From: Nitrospinota bacterium
Lineage (GTDB): Bacteria; Nitrospinota; Nitrospinia; JACRGO01
Assembly (NCBI GenBank): GCA_016212295.1
Contig: JACRGO010000181.1
Location: forward strand, 232-64,231
DNA: 64,000 bases
Direction: 5' to 3'
Both the position numbers and the translations under genes were made by a program. The notes under the pieces were generated by a model. The model was given only the letters and a program-made list of their open reading frames with translations, was not told the origin of the DNA and ran no database searches. Positions 57,172 to 64,000 of this stretch are shown piece by piece; within the stretch, counting starts at the first letter, position 1; each line of letters starts with the position of its first letter.

Positions 57172-58353
57172 TTATCGCGCTTCGCTGTCCGCCTCGGATT
57201 TTTGAGCGCGCAGAATAAGAAAGCCCGCCACGCCCTTCGACAGAGAACCGGTCAAAACGGCGATCTTGGAATTCTGGATGAGTCCGGTATCGTCGAAAGC
57301 CAGGAGCGTGATGAAGATCGACATGGTAAACCCGATGCCGCCCAGGAAACCAGCGCCCGCGATATGCGGCCAGCAGACGCCGTTCGGCAGCCGTGACAGG
57401 CCCGACTTGACGGCCAAAAACGTGAAACCGGCAATACCCAACGGCTTGCCGAGAAACAGCCCGGCTAAAATTCCCAAGCTGTTCGGGGACGCCAGGGCCT
57501 TGATCCAGCCGTCTGTCAGAACAACGCCTGTGTTCGCCAGCGCGAAAAGCGGCATGACCAGGAAGGAGACCGGTTTATGCAGGAAATGTTGCAACCGGTA
57601 GGAAGGCGACTCTTCATCCCCTCGCCCGAAGGGAACGGCAAAGGCCAGGATCACACCCGTTATCGTCGCGTGAATGCCTGATTCCAGCATGAAATACCAC
57701 ATGGCAATGCCTGGAACAAGGTAAAAGGACAACCGGCGCGCGCGAAGGCGGTTCAATAGGAGCAAGCCCGCGAATATTCCCAAGGCCAGAAAGAGATGCG
57801 CGGGAGAAAAATCCTTCACGTAAAACAAGCCAATAATGATGATCGCGCCCAGGTCGTCGATGATGGCCAAGGCGGCGAGGAAAATCTTCAGCGAAACCGG
57901 GACCCTGGCGCCCAGCAGGGAAAGCGCCCCAAGGGCGAAGGCGATATCCGTGGCCATGGGGATGCCCGCGCCCCCTTGGGTCTCGCCGCCGTAATTGAGT
58001 GAAAAATGCAGCAGGGCCGGGACCGCCATGCCGCCGATGGCGGCTACGACCGGCAATAACGCATTCCTAGGGTCGGACAGCTCGCCGACATACAATTCCC
58101 TCTCGATTTCCAAGCCGATCAGCAGAAAGAAAATCGTCATCAACCCTTCGTTGATCCAGGACTCCACGCTATGCCTGAAATGAAAATTCCCGATTTCCAT
58201 GCCCGCCTCGATGCGCCAAAAATCCAGAAAACCTACTCCCCACGGAGAATTGGCAATGGCGATCGCGGTTATAGCGCACAGAATCAAGATAACCCCGGAA
58301 GCTTGCTCGCTTTCAGTAAACTCTAGGAATAGTTTTGTCAGCTTGGTTTTCAA
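57172..58353 (-). CDS. nhaA: Na+/H+ antiporter NhaA
   Basis: WINEGLMTIFFLLIGLEIERE, IPMATDIAFALG, LAIIDDLGAI, GIGFTMSIFI. Confidence 0.95.
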   Translation of the reverse strand: MKTKLTKLFLEFTESEQASGVILILCAITAIAIANSPWGVGFLDFWRIEAGMEIGNFHFRHSVESWINEGLMTIFFLLIGLEIERELYVGELSDPRNALLPVVAAIGGMAVPALLHFSLNYGGETQGGAGIPMATDIAFALGALSLLGARVPVSLKIFLAALAIIDDLGAIIIIGLFYVKDFSPAHLFLALGIFAGLLLLNRLRARRLSFYLVPGIAMWYFMLESGIHATITGVILAFAVPFGRGDEESPSYRLQHFLHKPVSFLVMPLFALANTGVVLTDGWIKALASPNSLGILAGLFLGKPLGIAGFTFLAVKSGLSRLPNGVCWPHIAGAGFLGGIGFTMSIFITLLAFDDTGLIQNSKIAVLTGSLSKGVAGFLILRAQKSEADSEAR

Positions 58354-58418
58354 GACGTTCCTCCTTTAAAAAAGACCGCCAATTCCGGAGCTGCTTCGTT
58401 CATATCTTCTCCCTTCCA

Positions 58419-59651
58419 CTACAAAGCGCTGATTGGCACGGCATACATCCGGCCGCCAAAGGATAAAACCATTTCGCCGTCATAAAGAACGATGCCTGCT
58501 TTCCATGCTTTGCCCACGGCGGCCTGCAATTTTTTCAACCCCCTGAAATCCTTCTCAAAGACAGTGGCTGCCGCTTTAACCTCCACGGCGGCGATTCCGC
58601 CTCCACTCTGTTCCATCACGATATCAACTTCAATCTGATCCTTATCCCTGAAATGATAAAAACCGAGACGGGGCTCCGTCCAACTCGCCTGGCGGCGCAG
58701 TTCATTGTACGCATAGCTTTCCAGCAGATGTCCCAGCATAGCGCGATCCGAATCCAATTGTCCGGCTGTCACCCCCAACAGCGCCGCCGCCAGCCCCGTA
58801 TCCGTCATGTGTATTTTAGGCGCCTTTATCAGCCTCTTTCCCCTGTTGCCGCACCATGCGGGCAAAACATCCACCAAAAAAATGTTTTGCAGCAGGGAAA
58901 AATAGGAGGAAACGGTTTGCCGGCTGATCTGAAATGGGGCGGCAATTTCGCTCATGTTTAACAGTTGCGCGCTCTGTGCGGCCGCCAATTTAAGAATTTT
59001 AGGCATGGCGTCGAGACTGCTGATGCGCGCCAGGTCGCGTATATCTCTTTGCACCAATGTATCCAGATAATTGTGATACCACTGGCTTTTACGCCCTTCA
59101 CCCCTTCTCCGCAAAGGCTCAGGGAAACCACCGGCCACAACGCGGGCGGATAATCCGGCGCCCAGCCTGCCCGCGCAGCGAAACTCAAAATCATTTCGGA
59201 AAAGCCGAGACAGCAGCCCTGTTCCGGCATCTTCAATTTCGCAACGCGCCAGGGGGCGCAAATTCATGATCTCCATGCGCCCTGCCAGCGAATCGGCGAG
59301 TCTTGGGAGTAACAGCACATTGGCCGAACCAGTGAGGAGAAAACGGCCCGCCTTCCGGTTGCGGTCCACGGCATGTTTAATGGAACTGAAAAGTTCCGGC
59401 ACATGCTGAACCTCATCAAGAATCACCTTTTCATCAAGGCGGTCCACAAAGCCCACGGGATCAGTCCGGGCCGCCACAACCAGGTTGGCGTCATCGAAGG
59501 AGAGGTAGGTGTAGCCTCGTTGCTTCCCTATCTTTTGGGACAGCGTGGTTTTACCGCATTGGCGAGGGCCATGAATAAGCACCACCGGCGTATCGTCCAG
59601 CGCTTCTTCCAGCCGTGATTGCAAAAAACGTGGGTAATCGGTTTCACTCAT
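58419..59651 (-). CDS. AAA-family ATPase with C-terminal DUF4143 / PD-(D/E)XK-like domain
   Basis: GPRQCGKTT, ILDEVQ, LTGSAN, DSLAGR, GGFPE, KAPKIHMTDTG, EVDIV...VEVK. Confidence 0.9.
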   Translation of the reverse strand: MSETDYPRFLQSRLEEALDDTPVVLIHGPRQCGKTTLSQKIGKQRGYTYLSFDDANLVVAARTDPVGFVDRLDEKVILDEVQHVPELFSSIKHAVDRNRKAGRFLLTGSANVLLLPRLADSLAGRMEIMNLRPLARCEIEDAGTGLLSRLFRNDFEFRCAGRLGAGLSARVVAGGFPEPLRRRGEGRKSQWYHNYLDTLVQRDIRDLARISSLDAMPKILKLAAAQSAQLLNMSEIAAPFQISRQTVSSYFSLLQNIFLVDVLPAWCGNRGKRLIKAPKIHMTDTGLAAALLGVTAGQLDSDRAMLGHLLESYAYNELRRQASWTEPRLGFYHFRDKDQIEVDIVMEQSGGGIAAVEVKAAATVFEKDFRGLKKLQAAVGKAWKAGIVLYDGEMVLSFGGRMYAVPISAL

Positions 59652-59819
59652 AGCGTCTGATAGTAAAACAGACAGCCGTCCAATTGCAAACTTTCATGGC
59701 GTCTGATTGTAAACTTAACTATCGTCTATTTGTAAATGCAACTGGAGGAGCGGCGGTTATTATTCGGCTCATTTCCAGTTTTCCGCTGCCTAAGAAAGGG
59801 GATATCCTGAAAGATGAAA

Positions 59820-60024
59820 GGAAATTTGTATCTATTCAGCGAGCCGCAAAGTTCGCAAAGGAAAACAGAGCAGGAAAAACCATTGCACACGGATTTTCAC
59901 GAAAAAAAAGATTCTCGCTGATCTTTCGTGGTTAAATCCGTGTTCATCCGCGCAGTTTCCGCGTTTATCCGCGTTCTATTTGTTTTTTAAGCTCTCTTGG
60001 CGTTCTCTGCGCCTCCGCGGTGAA
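59820..60024. repeat. Nested composite: CGCAAAG arm, family D palindrome, family A right arm
   Basis: CCGCAAAGTTCGCAAAG; CACGGATTTTCACG...ATCCGTGTTCATCCGCG; CTCTGCGCCTCCGCGGTGAA. Confidence 0.65.
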
Positions 60025-60061
60025 AAGAGTTTTGCCGGTTTGGGTTTCAAGGCTTCTTCCT

Positions 60062-61534
60062 TCAAAAAAGCCCGGCGTTTACCCAGAGATGGCACCCGAT
60101 GCTGGCCGCGTAGCCCAGGACAATGGCCGGGGTCCATTGGAGATGGGAAAAAAATGTATAGCTCCCCTTGGTCTGGCCCATCAAGGCCACGCCGGCGGCG
60201 GAGCCGATGGAAAGGATGCTCCCGCCGACCCCGGCGGTGAGCGTGACCAGCAGCCACTGGCCCTGGGACATGTCCGGATCCATGGTCAGGACCGCGAACA
60301 TGATGGGGATATTGTCCACGATGGCGGAGAGAACTCCCACCATGACATTGGCGTAAGTCGGGCCCCACTCCACGTACATGACATGGGAGGCCAGGCCCAG
60401 GTATCCGATGAACCCCAACCCTCCCACGCACAGGATCACCCCGTAAAAAAACATGAGGGTGTCCCATTCGGACCTTGCCAGCTCGTTGAAGATATTGAAA
60501 GGGACGGCATCCTCCAGGGGACCGTCCGTGGCGCGTCTCCCGTAAACCGCGTCCCTGGAGTGGGTCGCCTTAAGATAATAAGCGAAAAATTTTAAATATC
60601 CCAGGCCGGTCATCATGCCCAATACCGGCGGGAGGCCCAGGAAATTATGGAAGCTGACCGCCGTGATGATCGTGCAAAGAAAGAGTCCCATGATGGCCCA
60701 GGCCCCGCGTTTCATGGGAACTATTTCCCCGGAGGCGGGCGGGGAGGCGTCCGGGACCGCGAAATGCATGAGGGCGGCGGGGACCAGGAAATTCACGACG
60801 GACGGAATAAAGAGGTTGAAAAAAGTCCAGAAGCCTATGATCCCCTTCTGCCAGACCATCAGGGTGGTGATGTCGCCGAAGGGACTAAAGGCGCCGCCCG
60901 CGTTGGCGGCCACCACGATGTTGATGCACGAGAGACCAACGAATTTGGGATTGTCCGCTCCCACGGCCATGACCACGGCGCACATGAGAAGGGCGGTGGT
61001 GAGGTTGTCCGCGAAGGGAGAGATGAAAAAGGCGAGGGTCCCGGTGATCCAGAACATCCGGCGGAAACCGAACCCCCTGCGCACTAGCCACGCGCGAAGC
61101 GCCTCGAAGGCCCGCCTCTCCTGCAAGGTGTTGATGTAGGTCATGGCCACGAGAAGAAAGAGGAAGAGCTCGGCGTATTCCAGAAGATTGTGCCGCGCCG
61201 CCTCCTCCGCCGCGTGCGACATCCCCCGCCCCGCGTAAACCGCGCCGATCATCCCCCAGATAAGGCCCGCGGCCAGGATGACCGGCTTGGATTTTCTGAG
61301 GTGGGTGAATTCCTCTGCCATGACCAGGCCATAGGCAAGGACAAACAGGGCCAGGGAAAAATACCCGACGCCGTGGGCGGTGAGGTCCAGGCGCTCAAGG
61401 CCTCCCCCGGAGGCCAGGACCGGCATGGGAAGGCACACGCAAACAAACAGGATAAAAGAGGCAACCAGAGCGGGTTTATTGATCAATCGTGCTAGCGCAG
61501 GACCTAACGCAGGATTTTTTCTGTTTATTTTCAC
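60062..61534 (-). CDS. nhaD: NhaD-family sodium:proton antiporter
   Basis: EEFTHLRKSKPV, ADNLTTALLM, ANAGGAFSPFGDITTLMVW, SAIVDNIP, GVGGSILSIGSAAGVALMG. Confidence 0.93.
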   Translation of the reverse strand: MKINRKNPALGPALARLINKPALVASFILFVCVCLPMPVLASGGGLERLDLTAHGVGYFSLALFVLAYGLVMAEEFTHLRKSKPVILAAGLIWGMIGAVYAGRGMSHAAEEAARHNLLEYAELFLFLLVAMTYINTLQERRAFEALRAWLVRRGFGFRRMFWITGTLAFFISPFADNLTTALLMCAVVMAVGADNPKFVGLSCINIVVAANAGGAFSPFGDITTLMVWQKGIIGFWTFFNLFIPSVVNFLVPAALMHFAVPDASPPASGEIVPMKRGAWAIMGLFLCTIITAVSFHNFLGLPPVLGMMTGLGYLKFFAYYLKATHSRDAVYGRRATDGPLEDAVPFNIFNELARSEWDTLMFFYGVILCVGGLGFIGYLGLASHVMYVEWGPTYANVMVGVLSAIVDNIPIMFAVLTMDPDMSQGQWLLVTLTAGVGGSILSIGSAAGVALMGQTKGSYTFFSHLQWTPAIVLGYAASIGCHLWVNAGLF

Positions 61535-61574
61535 TTGGAAATTCTCAAAGCGCTTTGAAACTACAGGATAGCCG

Positions 61575-62030
61575 TTAGATATTGAAATTTTCGATCCTTC
61601 GCTTTAAAGTATCATTGTAAGAGGGCTCTTCCGTAAGAAATTCGTGGATGGCTGAATAAGCTTTTTCTTTTAAAACCCTGGCCAAAATTTCATTGTCAAA
61701 GTCCATGTAGTCATGAATCATGGCGTTTCTAAGTCCAACGGCTTTAATCAAGGCGGTATATGTTTCCCTTGAAATCAACCCCATTTCGTGCATGAAATTA
61801 AAAACATCCCTGCCTCTTATCGGAACCACGGGACAATTATAATGCTTTAATATTTGCTTGCCCTTGCCAATGGCGTTTTCTATCAACACCTGCAAGGAAT
61901 TCTTGGCGGCCCTTAGTTGTATGGGGTCCAGTGAACCCTTATTCAAGCAAGCATCGGACAATTCATCCAAAACCTTTTTTTCTTCCCCCGCGATCTCATT
62001 TGTTTTGTTCAAATAATCGGCAAACCTCAT
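61575..62030 (-). CDS. hepT: HEPN (HepT/DUF86) ribonuclease toxin, type VII TA
   Basis: LQVLIENAIG, RNAMIHDY (RX4HXY). Confidence 0.85.
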   Translation of the reverse strand: MRFADYLNKTNEIAGEEKKVLDELSDACLNKGSLDPIQLRAAKNSLQVLIENAIGKGKQILKHYNCPVVPIRGRDVFNFMHEMGLISRETYTALIKAVGLRNAMIHDYMDFDNEILARVLKEKAYSAIHEFLTEEPSYNDTLKRRIENFNI

Positions 62031-62364
62031 TTCCGTCCCCCTTTAAAACAACAAAGCTTTCTTTAATATTGTTCAATATAAGTTTGTCCGCGTTCTTTAG
62101 GTCAACAATATCCAGATCACATTCAGCAATTTCCAGAAGGCCGCTGATGTCGGCCCATGCCCTTGCCTGCATTCCCCATGTTTCCTCCGGCAATTCATCC
62201 ATTAAAAGGGCAAGGTCATAATCGCTTCTGGAGTCATCCTTTCCAATGGCCCTGGACCCAAAAAGCAAGGCAATTCTTACATAGGAAAGGCCGGCTAAAA
62301 CTTCCTTTAAACGTTCAATGCTTAATTTCCTGGTTTTCCCGAAAACTCGTTGTTTTAGCTCCAT
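61996..62364 (-). CDS. mntA: Minimal nucleotidyltransferase antitoxin, type VII TA
   Basis: LLFGSRAIG...SDYDLA (GSX10DXD), LDIVDL; overlaps hepT. Confidence 0.85.
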   Translation of the reverse strand: MELKQRVFGKTRKLSIERLKEVLAGLSYVRIALLFGSRAIGKDDSRSDYDLALLMDELPEETWGMQARAWADISGLLEIAECDLDIVDLKNADKLILNNIKESFVVLKGDGNEVCRLFEQNK

Positions 62365-62370
62365 GATTAA

Positions 62371-62820
62371 TCACTTCAAAACCAATTCCTTTACCCTTCC
62401 ATCCACCATCTCCTTGGGGATGTAGCCGATCCCGCCATCATTTTCCGCCACGAAACCCAACACATCCGACGGTTTGTCCAATGCCTTTGGAGGAGAGCCT
62501 CTGCCGGAAAAAATTATCTTGACCCAGTATCTCTTTATTTTTTCAATGTCCTTGTCTAAAAATCGTTCGTAAAAATCCTTTTTAAGGCCGGAGGAATCCG
62601 TATAATCCACGGGCCTGATGGCCCCGTTTCCCTCGAAGTTGGTCATCTTCCCCATGTATATGGCCACTAACTGCGTTTGTGAAATTTCCTTCATGGGATT
62701 GGCGGGATTGACGATCACGGCCAATTCGGAACTCCACGCAGATGGAGGCTGAAAGCATGTCCACCAGGAAACAGTCAACAAAAGAAGGATTAAATTTCTG
62801 TTAGGATATCTCTGTGTCAT
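62371..62820 (-). CDS. Small exported periplasmic-binding-protein-like protein
   Basis: Signal peptide, LAVIVNPANP...IYMGK, YWVKIIFSGRGSPP, FVAENDGGIGYI. Confidence 0.8.
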   Translation of the reverse strand: MTQRYPNRNLILLLLTVSWWTCFQPPSAWSSELAVIVNPANPMKEISQTQLVAIYMGKMTNFEGNGAIRPVDYTDSSGLKKDFYERFLDKDIEKIKRYWVKIIFSGRGSPPKALDKPSDVLGFVAENDGGIGYIPKEMVDGRVKELVLK

Positions 62821-62869
62821 CGCATGAATTACTTAGTTAAATCAGCCGCCGCGGCCTTCATTAAAAAGC

Positions 62870-62980
62870 GTAACCGTTCACGGTTCAGGGTTCAGGGTTG
62901 AAAAATCGCCAAACACGGCAATGTAAGGGCGTTGATACAGGGTTTTCTAAAACCTGGAGCCCTGAACCGTGAACAGTTAC
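62870..62980. repeat. GGTTCA(C/G)G heptamer palindrome abutting the porin stop
   Basis: GTAACCGTTCACGGTTCAGGGTTCAGGGTT...AACCTGGAGCCCTGAACCGTGAACAGTTAC. Confidence 0.7.
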
Positions 62981-64000
62981 TAAAAAGCTATGGCCACTTG
63001 GCCCACGAACTCATTGTAGCGTCTCATGTTATTATAAACCTCGCTGTTGTCCCGTCCCCGGAGATGGCTGTGGAATTCCGCCTTTAGGAAGAGGCCGTCC
63101 ATGACCTTGAAATTGACGCCGACTCCGAGGTCGTGCCAATCATAATCCTCTTGTTCAAGGACATTCAGGTATTCATACTTTATATGGGGCGTAATCCTTC
63201 CAAGGAAGGTGTAGGACGCCTGGACGTAACTGGCCTGCTGTTCGATATTGCGTATCTTGGAATCAAAAAACTCTCCAGTCAAGTTGAAGTTGTCCCACTC
63301 AAAAGCCAAGGAAAATCCGTAGGAGGCATGTGTCTTGTCCAGGTTTTTTTTCACGGCTATATCGCCGTAGAAGACGGAAAACCCAAGGGTGAGGAAATCC
63401 CATGGAGTAAAAAGGACCCTGCCACCTAATGCCTTATTCGCATTGTCGTCAAATTCCGCCTCATTGGTTTGTCCGGTATTTTCCCCGTTGGCGATATAAA
63501 ACACGTAATCCAAGCCCATATCCTCGAATAGGAAAAAATTCCCCAAAACGCCGGCGCCGGTTGACCATTCCGGGAAGATGGCTTCTCCCCCCCGCTTCTG
63601 GGCCGAGTAAAGAGTCAGGGGGGCTTCCACCGTTAAAAGGGCGGGGGTGGCGTCGTGGATTTCATTTAAAAAACCATAAGGGGTCAGCATCTTTCCGGCC
63701 CTGATCTTAAAATAGTCGGCGAAGGCGTATTGCCCGAAGGCGTATTCCGTCACGATCCTTCCATTGTTGAACCCGATGGCGCTTTGGTCGAGTCCGTGTT
63801 CCATGCCGATCATGGCCGCGACCAATAATTTTTCGTTTACCGGGGCGTCCAAAACCAGATTGAAATGGTGGGCGTCAAAAGACCCGTTTTTATAGTTATG
63901 CTGTCCGCTCCAGTTTCTGTCCGCCTTGGTGTACTCCATGTCCAGGTAACCGTGAAAATGGACGTTGCCGAATTCAAAGGCATCGACAGTTCCAGGGAAC
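62980..64000 (-). CDS. Outer-membrane porin-like beta-barrel protein (5' end outside window)
   Basis: Frame open to the window edge (...GTVDAFEFGNVHFHGYLDMEY), KIRAGKMLTPYGFLNE, NKALGGRV, amphipathic strands, terminal Phe (VAIAF). Confidence 0.82.
   Translation of the reverse strand, partial: FPGTVDAFEFGNVHFHGYLDMEYTKADRNWSGQHNYKNGSFDAHHFNLVLDAPVNEKLLVAAMIGMEHGLDQSAIGFNNGRIVTEYAFGQYAFADYFKIRAGKMLTPYGFLNEIHDATPALLTVEAPLTLYSAQKRGGEAIFPEWSTGAGVLGNFFLFEDMGLDYVFYIANGENTGQTNEAEFDDNANKALGGRVLFTPWDFLTLGFSVFYGDIAVKKNLDKTHASYGFSLAFEWDNFNLTGEFFDSKIRNIEQQASYVQASYTFLGRITPHIKYEYLNVLEQEDYDWHDLGVGVNFKVMDGLFLKAEFHSHLRGRDNSEVYNNMRRYNEFVGQVAIAF

Noticed and set aside
5342-62980. Short periodic repeats as CRISPR arrays
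   Set aside because: Units are 7-10 bp, arranged as inverted arms without unique spacers; no cas genes.
11915-62980. Palindromes and caps as integron attC sites
   Set aside because: No consistent RYYYAAC...GTTRRRY boxes, they flank housekeeping genes, and no integrase is present.
385-63704. Numerous long antisense or alternate-frame ORFs (e.g. 7992-9008, 43315-44436, 48663-49655, 51227-52234)
   Set aside because: Shadows of well-supported genes on the opposite strand; no motifs or independent translation signals.

Overview
Bacterial chromosomal window, probably from an environmental Gram-negative organism. AhbAB, MglAB, multiheme cytochromes and an alaC-hom-thrC operon suggest a Nitrospinota/Desulfobacterota-like lineage (inference only). 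Housekeeping genes include mnmE, pcm, pepA, rseP, queH, alaC-hom-thrC, ahbAB, zapBA, pstSCAB-phoU and phnDCE. Accessory content includes a Mgl GTPase/roadblock cluster whose MglA carries a SurA/PrsA-like C-terminal domain, a divergent STAND-like ATPase-HTH-TPR gene, an NTT-HEAT-cNMP transporter, a CX5R phosphatase lipoprotein and several toxin-antitoxin modules. From about 44.5 to 61.5 kb lies a decaying salt/osmotic-stress region with three Na+/H+ antiporters, truncated treZ, treY, frameshifted treS-mak, a collapsed histidine-kinase remnant and two sigma54-driven heme-motif genes. The most striking non-coding signal is that many intergenic gaps hold a palindromic element from one of at least five unrelated repeat families. 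Many of these carry one of two short conserved 'cap' motifs in fixed polarity, several at stop codons. No rRNA, tRNA, CRISPR array, transposase or integrase was recognised. All product calls are from visual motif recognition, not database searches.
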